20,000 bases of DNA, taken from the IMG/VR virus record IMGVR_UViG_3300027704_003386; one strand, 5' to 3'. Source of the DNA: an uncultured virus (IMG/VR IMGVR_UViG_3300027704_003386). Taxonomy: Duplodnaviria > Heunggongvirae > Uroviricota > Caudoviricetes. Below, piece by piece: positions 9,266 to 17,633 of this stretch (positions within the stretch are counted from its first letter, which is position 1; the number at the start of each line of letters is the position of its first letter). Position numbers and translations under genes: made by a program. A model generated the notes under the pieces. The model had not been told where the DNA came from, ran no database searches, and saw only the letters and a list, made by a program, of their open reading frames with translations.

Positions 9266-10573
9266 TTAAGACTGTGGGCCGTGATCAACTTCTCTTCTTG
9301 CATCTTTAAATATTCCCATATCATCTAATTCTTTAAATGCTTCTTTTCTATTTAAATTTCTTAATTTATCTATATTTTCCAAGTAGTCATTAAATTGATT
9401 TAATAAGTGAGAATGGTCTTCCTCATTCATTAAAGCACAAAGTCCTTTTATACTATCTAAATTAATCCTATCTCCATAATCTAAGATAAAATTTTCTAAT
9501 TTCCTAGTAATTTGTCTTTTTACTCTAGGAGGAAATATTTTTGGAGATAAGTATTGAGGGTAATGTAGTATACCTGTATGTATAATATCAGCTATATTAT
9601 CTTTACTTTTGTAATCTGCGATCCTCGGTAAATCCATATCTAAAAGCCACTTAACAAACTCTGGTATATAGTATATATTTAAAGCTTGGACTGTGTATAA
9701 TACTTTAAAGTGTATATTAGGTGGTGCATTATCATTATACTTCTTTAAGTTGCCCACTACGGTATCATGTAATGATGGGTACCTAACATATTTGTTAATT
9801 CTATCAATACCGTCAAAAGATAGAAATAAGTCTACCCTTTTAAAATGTTTCCATAGCTCTAATAATTCAGTATCGTAAATAGTTCCGTTAGTATGGTAAT
9901 TTACTTTAATATTTTTAGCTGTTCCTCTCTTTACTAACTCTTTTATAATAGCTTTATGTTCTTTTATAAGTAGGGGTTCACCTCCAGCAAAAATCATCTG
10001 TCTCATTTCCCCACTTGCTTCGTAGAAACTTTCTAAAAACTTTGGATTTTTATACCATTCAAAAGAATCTCTATCTACTTTTTCTTTCGATTGCCATTCG
10101 TATTTAGCTCCGGTTTTAAGTGTACCCGATAATATTTGTGCTTCTTTATACCATTTACTACTATCTTGAGGTCTACACATTACACACGCTAGGTTACATG
10201 TATTTCCTAATCTAAAATCAACTGTATATACATCGTTATCTATACTGCCGTCTTCTTTTGTATCCTCTATTAAAGAATCTATGTGCTCCTGGCCAAGTGT
10301 GTCTCGCCAAAACCTATTTTCATGTAATCTATGACTTCTAAGTCCTGCTGCTTCTTCTTTATAGCATGCAGTACATGCGTGGAATTGCTTTCCTTCCTGT
10401 AGAGCTAATCGTGCGTCTTTAAAGTAGTCTGAGTTTCTAACTTCATCTACTGTCTGTGTATTAAGGTTTGTTTTCTCTCCACCGGGTTTAGCAATACAGC
10501 ATAGCAGACCAGTACCATCGGTATAGGTAGCTAAATGAACCCAGGGGAGTATACAAAATGTTTGGTTTTTCAT
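9266..10573 (-). CDS. Radical SAM enzyme with N-terminal twitch domain (paralogue 2)
   Basis: N-terminal FCILPW...DG...CC...CTACYKEE; core DFRLGNTCNLACVMC, FAGGEP, HTNGT and SFDG...YVRYPS. Confidence 0.9.
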   Translation of the reverse strand: MKNQTFCILPWVHLATYTDGTGLLCCIAKPGGEKTNLNTQTVDEVRNSDYFKDARLALQEGKQFHACTACYKEEAAGLRSHRLHENRFWRDTLGQEHIDSLIEDTKEDGSIDNDVYTVDFRLGNTCNLACVMCRPQDSSKWYKEAQILSGTLKTGAKYEWQSKEKVDRDSFEWYKNPKFLESFYEASGEMRQMIFAGGEPLLIKEHKAIIKELVKRGTAKNIKVNYHTNGTIYDTELLELWKHFKRVDLFLSFDGIDRINKYVRYPSLHDTVVGNLKKYNDNAPPNIHFKVLYTVQALNIYYIPEFVKWLLDMDLPRIADYKSKDNIADIIHTGILHYPQYLSPKIFPPRVKRQITRKLENFILDYGDRINLDSIKGLCALMNEEDHSHLLNQFNDYLENIDKLRNLNRKEAFKELDDMGIFKDARREVDHGPQS

Positions 10574-11889
10574 TACAGGACGCTTTTTACGTAATTTTTT
10601 TCTAAGTATGATGACAATTCAGGACATGCATCCGAAAATTTCTGTTTCCTGTGGTTATCTAGTGACTTAGTATATTTTAAAAACATATTAATTTTTTCTT
10701 TATTATGATCTCCTTGCTTTCCGAGAATATTTAGTGCTGTCTGTATACCTGCTTTAGTAGACCCGTGCATGTGAGTTTGATCTATTTTGTCCCATATATT
10801 CCATAACTTATCTCTAGCTTGCTTTCTTATTTCATAAGGAAGTATTTGTACATCTAGAATAGTAGGGTGAGTATTTAAAAGTACATCAATAAATACTTCT
10901 CTATGGTAGTTATATTTAACTTCTTCAACATATTTAACTACCTCTCCAATATTAAAAATATTATATGTCTGTAGTACAGGTGTAGCACCTAAATTTACAT
11001 TAGGTAGTTTAGCATATTTTTCAAATACAGCTGATACTGCTGACCATTTAGCAGGGTATCTAATGTAGTCATTCATTGCTCCGTGGCCGTCTAAGCTACC
11101 GTTTATATCTACTTTATCAAATTGAGATATATAACTCAAGAACTTTTTATTCAAATTAGTACAGTTAGTATTAAAAAATAAGTGAATATCTTTTCTATCA
11201 CGATCCAAAGCATACTTTAAAAATTCAGTATTACCTTTTATCATAGTTGGTTCTCCACCTGTAAAGTAAACCTTTTTTAAATCAGGAATATAAGAAATAA
11301 TATCTGACCAAAATAAATCTGCTTCAAACCATTCTGATCTTTTTGCTATTTCTGGTGCTTTATTATTGTAGTCAAATTTAATAGCTTCTTGATAGTCTTC
11401 ATCCTTATCCCAGAGTTCATACTGTTCTTTTTCTATCTGCGAAGAATTATAAGGGTTACACATTCTACATTTAAGATTACATAGAGTACCTAATTTCAAA
11501 TCTAAGTAAACTGGATTATCAAATAAGTTATAGTTGTTCTCTATAGCTTGCTGCACTAATTTCCTCATCTGAGGTCTTCCTAGTTTGCCAAGCCATTCAT
11601 CAGTCATATTCTGTCTAAATGATCTTTCTCCTACTTTTTCCTGGTAGTAGCAATGAGAACATCCTTCGTGTTCTTCGCCGTTAATTAACTTCTCTCGAAC
11701 ATCTCTAAAAGTTTGTTCATTCCATACTTGTTTTGGTGATTTTTTATCTAAAAAAACCTGTTTATCATCCTTATCTTTAATAGTGCCTCTCTGTATACAG
11801 CAGAACCTATAAGCTCCATCAGCGGCGGTTGTTAGGTTTACGAAAGGCATTGCACAAAACGTTTCAGAACCAAAATAACTTTTCTTCAT
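10573..11889 (-). CDS. Radical SAM enzyme with N-terminal twitch domain (paralogue 1)
   Basis: N-terminal FCAMPF...DG..RFCC...CSHCYYQE; core DLKLGTLCNLKCRMC, FTGGEP, NTN and SLDG...YIRYP. TAATG 1-bp overlap with the next gene. Confidence 0.9.
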   Translation of the reverse strand: MKKSYFGSETFCAMPFVNLTTAADGAYRFCCIQRGTIKDKDDKQVFLDKKSPKQVWNEQTFRDVREKLINGEEHEGCSHCYYQEKVGERSFRQNMTDEWLGKLGRPQMRKLVQQAIENNYNLFDNPVYLDLKLGTLCNLKCRMCNPYNSSQIEKEQYELWDKDEDYQEAIKFDYNNKAPEIAKRSEWFEADLFWSDIISYIPDLKKVYFTGGEPTMIKGNTEFLKYALDRDRKDIHLFFNTNCTNLNKKFLSYISQFDKVDINGSLDGHGAMNDYIRYPAKWSAVSAVFEKYAKLPNVNLGATPVLQTYNIFNIGEVVKYVEEVKYNYHREVFIDVLLNTHPTILDVQILPYEIRKQARDKLWNIWDKIDQTHMHGSTKAGIQTALNILGKQGDHNKEKINMFLKYTKSLDNHRKQKFSDACPELSSYLEKNYVKSVL

Positions 11890-11905
11890 ATTAATAAATA
11901 TCCTC

Positions 11906-13321
11906 TTAAAATTTAATGTTTAACATCTTAGCCCAAGGTGTTAATTTTTCTTCGTTTATGAATTCATATTTTAGCTGTTTAATACCGTCGCCCTTATAAT
12001 TTATTTTACCTTGCTGCATTTCAAGTACATACCTACGTTCATTAGCTGCTGATGTATCTCCTTTTTTAAATTTACCGTCCACTATACCTTCATCATCATG
12101 AGGTAAACATCTCATTTTACCATCTTTTCTATAAGGTAGTATAGAGTTAGGTACTTTTATATCCTCTTTTTTTAATTCAGCATTAAATACTTCTACGTCT
12201 TTTAGTCCTTCAGAGAAATCATAATCTAATATTAAATTATTTTCAGGTTTTATTTTATGTATGTTTTGTACCTCTTCTGGGGTTAGTGCTCGGTTCCAGG
12301 CAAATACTTTTGCTATATCTCCTTTAAAGTACTTGTACGTACTATCCTCAGGTTGAGAAGGAGATGTACCTAAATAGAAATTATTTGATCCGTAGCTTTT
12401 AAGTTTACCGTCGTATTTAAAAGGAGAATGACTTCCCTGTCCTGCTCTTGCATCGATTTCACTACCGTTTAAGTAAAAATGAGACATACGAGTTTCATCG
12501 TCTATAACTGCAGTAACCCAACTCCAATGTTTATCGTACCTTTTTACCCACATGTAATTATGTTTATTAAAAGAATTCCAATATGTTAAAGTTACAGCTT
12601 TAGAGTTATTAAACGAAATACCATAGTCATACCCCGGCAGTCTAAATATAGGGTATTCTATATAGTTAGCTTTACTATCTCCTATGAGAAAAACTTTATT
12701 TTTAACAGGTTGTTGAAAACTTCTAACAAGTACAGAAATTGTATGAGCTTTAGAGGTTAGTCCTTTATGCTCTCTTTTATAAGGTATTTTTGCGTAACTA
12801 TTTTCTCCTGTGAATGAAAGATATGAGTTACCCTTTAAGTCTGCATCTAACCAGGTATCATTAGTAAGACCTTCTAGATGACATCTCCAAAACAAATCAT
12901 CATCTTCCATACCCCAGTCCCAATATCCGTTAGAATATCCGTTAGTAGCTTCTAAATGTTCTTTTGTAAAAATTACTGCTCCTCCAAAATATTCATGGTA
13001 CTTTAATTTATATCCCATTTGAGATATCTTAGTAGCTATATGTCTAGGTCCTTCTGTAGGGTAAGAATAATCAGCTCCTTCTTCTGGTATCATATCTATA
13101 TCGTGGAAAACTACATAATCACACCCGTCTTCTATAGCATGCTTAGCAGCTATATTCTTAGTAGCTCCTCTATTAAAAAGTTTATCATCTACCTGATGAC
13201 AGAAGTACATCTGAAACTCTATTCCCTGTTCTTTTAAGTACTTTCCTACTTTAGGTACAAACTCATTAAGGTGTAGCTCTCTATTTCTGTATGGTACACA
13301 AACTCCTAACTTATGTTTCAT
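11906..13321 (-). CDS. GT7 (beta-1,4-galactosyltransferase-like) glycosyltransferase with internal LamG/ConA-like domain (paralogue 2)
   Basis: VPYRNR, FNRG, FHDIDMIP, YFGG and NGYSNGYWDWGMEDDD; LamG region (LSFTGENSY...FYLNG...YFKGDIAKVFAWNRALTPEEV); GT7 tail GKMRCLPH...DGIKQLKY. Confidence 0.9.
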   Translation of the reverse strand: MKHKLGVCVPYRNRELHLNEFVPKVGKYLKEQGIEFQMYFCHQVDDKLFNRGATKNIAAKHAIEDGCDYVVFHDIDMIPEEGADYSYPTEGPRHIATKISQMGYKLKYHEYFGGAVIFTKEHLEATNGYSNGYWDWGMEDDDLFWRCHLEGLTNDTWLDADLKGNSYLSFTGENSYAKIPYKREHKGLTSKAHTISVLVRSFQQPVKNKVFLIGDSKANYIEYPIFRLPGYDYGISFNNSKAVTLTYWNSFNKHNYMWVKRYDKHWSWVTAVIDDETRMSHFYLNGSEIDARAGQGSHSPFKYDGKLKSYGSNNFYLGTSPSQPEDSTYKYFKGDIAKVFAWNRALTPEEVQNIHKIKPENNLILDYDFSEGLKDVEVFNAELKKEDIKVPNSILPYRKDGKMRCLPHDDEGIVDGKFKKGDTSAANERRYVLEMQQGKINYKGDGIKQLKYEFINEEKLTPWAKMLNIKF

Positions 13322-14742
13322 TAGTTTACTAATATATGGTGATAATTATCTAAAGAATCTTTACTAATAACTTTATACCCGCAAGTAGTTAGACCATCTT
13401 TATGATAACCGGTTCCTGATTTATAATAACTATCTAAATACTTAAGTTGGTTATTCCTACTAGACCAACTTACCCAGTACCCATCTTTATATCCATTTTC
13501 TGTATGAGGTAATACTTCAAATCTACCTTTTCTTCTGAAAGGTATTGGTCTTTTGACGTCTGGTGTTTTATGAATATCTACTTGTTCACAATTTACTACG
13601 GTTCCGTTAGCAGATTTTTTTAAATCTATAAGCTCCCCAGAATCTACAAATTTACAGTCGTAATATGATGATAAACTCAAGCCTGATTCTAAGCCAAATA
13701 AACTCCTATTGGTATTATTTCCTAACTGTAGGCATTCCCTTTCTGTTAAATCTGTATTATAAGTAGCAAAAGTATCTATATTTCCTTTAAACCAGTTTCT
13801 TCTTTCTTCCCTATTGGGATCTCCTACTCCTAAGTAGATATATTTTGACTTCCTTAAATTTGATAGTTTATCAAATGCATTTTCTCCAACTAGTTCTCCA
13901 TTAATGTACATCTTAACAGTAGGTGGCATAAAATCATCAGTATTTTCATTGAGAGTTTTACTTCTTACAGTAATTACAGCATTATATCTACCTGCTCTTA
14001 ATCCTTTTGTAGGTAAAGATATAGACTCTAAATTCTTTTTCCAAAACTGAAATGTCAAGTCAAAAAAGGAATTAACAGTTAAAGTTGTATCAAACCCTGG
14101 TATGCTAAATATTGAGTTGTTATCTGAGATTTGATGCTGATTAGTATTTATTTCATCGTAACTAAAAGATACGAATATAGAAAAATTTCTTGAACTATTC
14201 AACTTGTTAGGTATTGCAACATAACTATCTTCACCATTAAATTCTAATGCTGTTGCTGCTCTTGCTTTTTGTACTGTTTCATTACCGTCTAATGCAATAT
14301 GGTTTTCCAAACAACGGAGCAGTAGGTTATCATCTTCAAATCCCCATCCTTGGTATAAGTTGGTATACCCGTTTATTTGTTTAAATATACTTACAGGAAA
14401 AAGAGTCACACCACCAAAGTATTCATCAAAGAGTGTCCTAGATACTCCTTGAGGTAAATCCAAATCGGTAATTAAGTGAAGAGGTTTATCCGAGTAGCTA
14501 TAGTCGACATCTATGGGCAACATGTCTATATCGTGAAATACTACATAATCACAACCTAGTTTCTCAGCTTCTTTGAATCCTATATTTAAAAGCCTTCCCC
14601 TATTAAATTCTTTCTTACCTTGTTGGTCGACTATAATTAATTCAAAGCTAATATCAGTAATATACTGATTAATACTTTCTCTAAACTTAGTTAATTGGTC
14701 TGGTCTATTTCTATAAGGTACAATTATACCTAATTTATGCAT
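13321..14742 (-). CDS. GT7 (beta-1,4-galactosyltransferase-like) glycosyltransferase with internal LamG/ConA-like domain (paralogue 1); start corrected to 14742
   Basis: MHKLGIIVPYRNR aligns with MKHKLGVCVPYRNR of the paralogue, so the true start is the ATG at 14742 (8-bp overlap with the upstream gene) rather than 14787. Motifs FNRG, FHDIDMLP, YFGGV and GWGFEDDN; LamG region (LEFNGEDSY...MYING...FKGNID); tail GRFEVLPH...DGL. Confidence 0.9.
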   Translation of the reverse strand: MHKLGIIVPYRNRPDQLTKFRESINQYITDISFELIIVDQQGKKEFNRGRLLNIGFKEAEKLGCDYVVFHDIDMLPIDVDYSYSDKPLHLITDLDLPQGVSRTLFDEYFGGVTLFPVSIFKQINGYTNLYQGWGFEDDNLLLRCLENHIALDGNETVQKARAATALEFNGEDSYVAIPNKLNSSRNFSIFVSFSYDEINTNQHQISDNNSIFSIPGFDTTLTVNSFFDLTFQFWKKNLESISLPTKGLRAGRYNAVITVRSKTLNENTDDFMPPTVKMYINGELVGENAFDKLSNLRKSKYIYLGVGDPNREERRNWFKGNIDTFATYNTDLTERECLQLGNNTNRSLFGLESGLSLSSYYDCKFVDSGELIDLKKSANGTVVNCEQVDIHKTPDVKRPIPFRRKGRFEVLPHTENGYKDGYWVSWSSRNNQLKYLDSYYKSGTGYHKDGLTTCGYKVISKDSLDNYHHILVN

Positions 14743-14965
14743 TCTTTTTAGACTTAGACGGTTTAGACTTAGTTGTTGAAGCTTCATCTATGTACTGCTC
14801 TTTCCAGAGACTAAGATACCATGCCATTCTATCTCCCCAGCCTTCTTTGTCTATTTCTTCAAACCACATAGTTAGGCTATCTAAAGATAAGGATATTTTT
14901 TCTAGGGCTCTAACTTTACGTTGTTCTAATACTATATCGTCTGCTTTTTTGTCTATTTTACTCAT
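14735..14965 (-). CDS. Small Trp-rich helical hypothetical protein
   Basis: 76 aa with an ATGA 4-bp overlap with the upstream gene and an 8-bp overlap with the downstream gene, consistent with translational coupling. Confidence 0.75.
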   Translation of the reverse strand: MSKIDKKADDIVLEQRKVRALEKISLSLDSLTMWFEEIDKEGWGDRMAWYLSLWKEQYIDEASTTKSKPSKSKKNA

Positions 14966-15804
14966 ATTTTAACTATTTTATTTGTTAATGTACTCCATTT
15001 AGAGTAGGTAGAATAACCAATATACGAACTTTCAATTAAGTTCTCAACTAAATACTCCGATTTTTTTAAGTCGAATTTCATATCATTATCTGCTATTGCA
15101 TCATACATATCTCTATACTCATACCAATGTTTGTAGTTATCTTGCATTTTAGAACACCATAGTAATCTTTCTAAAATAGTAGAATCCCACTTAAAATGAT
15201 GAACCTGTGTAAAGCATTCTTCTACAGGCATTCTTTTAGGGTGAGTTATCCCCCAACTGTTACTACCGTTATTAAAATCAGCGTAATGTTGTCCATCCGT
15301 TACATCTTGATACCCTTTCATTAAAGTTACTTTATTAGGACAGGCTCCAGACATTGGATATCTAAAAAAACCGGCATTAGGAAATAACTTATGAATATCC
15401 GTATCTCTCGGTACTTTGGGGAAAGTACCATTAGTACCTATTCTATCTAAGAACCCTCCTGTGACAAAGTCATATCCTTTGTTATCACAGTGTTTCACTA
15501 TACTTTCAACTGTGTCTGGGTATATTTGTAGTTCATCGTCATCAGCTACTATCCACCAGTCATTTGGACGGGACCTTTTTACTTCGTTATAAATCTTAGT
15601 TACTTGATACCAGTTAAATTTATCATCAACTACAACCTTATATGGTTTAATATTTAACTCTTCTAATTCATTCAGAACTCCAATATGCTGACGATCGGTG
15701 TAAACACAGAGATATATCTTATCAACCATATTCTCGTAATGCTTTAACATATGCGGTAATATGGGGGTATTGTACCCGACTACTGTAACTAGGTTAATCT
15801 TCAT
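14962..15804 (-). CDS. GT-A glycosyltransferase, Glyco_tranf_2_4/GT2-like
   Basis: ILPHMLKHYENMVDKIYL...DWWIVADDDEL (DxDE-type motif)...K...GQH...VHHFKW, the layout typical of this family. Confidence 0.8.
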   Translation of the reverse strand: MKINLVTVVGYNTPILPHMLKHYENMVDKIYLCVYTDRQHIGVLNELEELNIKPYKVVVDDKFNWYQVTKIYNEVKRSRPNDWWIVADDDELQIYPDTVESIVKHCDNKGYDFVTGGFLDRIGTNGTFPKVPRDTDIHKLFPNAGFFRYPMSGACPNKVTLMKGYQDVTDGQHYADFNNGSNSWGITHPKRMPVEECFTQVHHFKWDSTILERLLWCSKMQDNYKHWYEYRDMYDAIADNDMKFDLKKSEYLVENLIESSYIGYSTYSKWSTLTNKIVKI

Positions 15805-16699
15805 ACCAATCTCCTCCTGCTGCGTCTAATGTTTCTCCCGGTACTTCATTCAATAAAAAATCACCGTAAGTGTTTTCATCCCAATCTCCATCAAAAAAAT
15901 GTAGTATATACTGGTTAGGGCTATTCTTATGTATTGGGTTTCCTCCTCCTTTTTCATACCAATCAGCGTCAGTATCTACTTCGTAGAAGTAAACTGTAGG
16001 GGTCGTAAGTATATTAGAAGTTGCTGCATAATCATCTGCATCTAACATACCACTTATTTGTTTATTCATTTCTTGATATAGCTTTAATGAAAAAGTATGT
16101 ACCCCAAAAGAATTTAATATGGTATTACCTTTTCTTTTAAATCCTAAGTCTAAAATCTCTAAAAATAACCTGTATTCTTTTTTGGCAAAAATTACTGCGT
16201 TATTTAATTTAGGTATAACTAAACCGTATTTGTTATAGTGGTACTCGTATACTGTCTTTTCTTGACCTACAATAATATCATAAGAATTCTGTATTTTAAG
16301 TTCTGGAGCTATATGCCAATCGGAGAAAGGGTAGTCATCTCTTACTATAGTAGTAAGGTTTAGAAATTCATCTAAATCTCTTTTTATAACTGTATCCATA
16401 TCTAAATATAAACCCCCATAAACATAAAGTATCATTAATCTAGCGCAATCTACTTTTTTAATTACTCCTGTTATTGTCTTATATTCTTCTAATCTTTCAG
16501 GAAAATGTTCCTTTATCAAAGTAAGAACAGTAGTTTCGTTCCATAATGTATACCCCCAACCTTTTTTATCGCAGAAGTCTTTATGGCTATTAGAGAACTC
16601 TATATAATCTTTATTTCCTATGCATCCTATTCCGTAATTGCTATCTGGTTTCTGAAACCAAATTTGATGTATGTGTTTATTAAAGTTTTCAATTAACAT
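15794..16699 (-). CDS. GT32-like glycosyltransferase (Gly_transf_sug, OCH1/capsular polysaccharide synthesis-like)
   Basis: KHIHQIW...WGYTLWNE...KVDCARLMILYVYGGLYLDMD...NNAVIFA...ILHFFDGDW. Confidence 0.88.
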   Translation of the reverse strand: MLIENFNKHIHQIWFQKPDSNYGIGCIGNKDYIEFSNSHKDFCDKKGWGYTLWNETTVLTLIKEHFPERLEEYKTITGVIKKVDCARLMILYVYGGLYLDMDTVIKRDLDEFLNLTTIVRDDYPFSDWHIAPELKIQNSYDIIVGQEKTVYEYHYNKYGLVIPKLNNAVIFAKKEYRLFLEILDLGFKRKGNTILNSFGVHTFSLKLYQEMNKQISGMLDADDYAATSNILTTPTVYFYEVDTDADWYEKGGGNPIHKNSPNQYILHFFDGDWDENTYGDFLLNEVPGETLDAAGGDWYED

Positions 16700-17633
16700 T
16701 ATAGAGTGGTTTTAAATTATCTAAATACTGAGGGAAGTTATCTTCTAACATTTTTTTATGTCTTTCTAAATAAAGTATTAAATTATTAGAACTATGTCTA
16801 TTAAAGTTTACTGTTTCTTCTTTTAGTTGGTGTTTAAAAGACCAGGTATGATCAAACCCTATTGACTGTACTAATGGATTATCATCTATAACAGTCCATG
16901 AATCTCTAATTTCTTTTTCTAAAGGTAAAAATTTAAGGTTACTAAAGGTACCCCATTCTATATTTTCAGTTTTCATCATCATCATTAGTAGACGTTGATC
17001 AGCAAATAAATACTGTACCTGAGATAGATGAGGATCCTGTACATTATTTAATAGTTCAAACTGCATTGCTTTATCAGCATATTTCTTTTTAAATTCTGGG
17101 TTATTAAAGTATAGGATGCTTGTGTTACATACTTCATCATCCCAATTCCAATCGTCATCATATTTAAATCCTTCTACTTTTAATTTATCTTTATCAGGGT
17201 AGTAGTAGGGATTAATTTCTTCTAAGTGTGCAAATCTAACATCAGCATCCCATAGTTCGTCAGGTATAGGGGTGTATATTAAATTATCATGATCTAAAAG
17301 AACGAATGGACATTCTAACTCTCCTATTAACCAGGTTTTAAAGGCAGTCCAGTTATTAACTGAGTTAATATTTAGTTTGTTGAACTGTTTAGTTTTACTA
17401 GTATCTATTTTATCCCAGTATATATCATATCCTAATTTTTCTAAGTAACTCTTAAATGTATCATCTGTGTATAAGTGTATTTCACCAATATGTTTTTTAT
17501 ACATTAGTGCTGATAATATAAAGTGTAAGAGTTCAAAATTAAACATAGAGTATGTTTCCATACTTTCTTTTGTATGGTGTCCTGCTGTTCCTGTTAATAC
17601 AGGGTTAGACCAATAAGCATGTACTCCTATCAA
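16689..17633 (-). CDS. DUF6734-like putative nucleotide-sugar transferase (paralogue 2); TTG start
   Basis: VHAYWSNP...FILSAL...LYTD...WTAFK...PFVLLDHD (DxD)...NTSILYF...FADQRLL...FDHTW. The TTG start overlaps the TGA of the upstream gene (TTGA). Confidence 0.7.
   Translation of the reverse strand: MIGVHAYWSNPVLTGTAGHHTKESMETYSMFNFELLHFILSALMYKKHIGEIHLYTDDTFKSYLEKLGYDIYWDKIDTSKTKQFNKLNINSVNNWTAFKTWLIGELECPFVLLDHDNLIYTPIPDELWDADVRFAHLEEINPYYYPDKDKLKVEGFKYDDDWNWDDEVCNTSILYFNNPEFKKKYADKAMQFELLNNVQDPHLSQVQYLFADQRLLMMMMKTENIEWGTFSNLKFLPLEKEIRDSWTVIDDNPLVQSIGFDHTWSFKHQLKEETVNFNRHSSNNLILYLERHKKMLEDNFPQYLDNLKPLYNVN

Noticed and set aside
14743..14787. 15-aa N-terminal extension of the 488-aa GT7 ORF
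   Set aside because: Alignment with the paralogue puts the start at ATG 14742; the extension overlaps the 76-aa gene.
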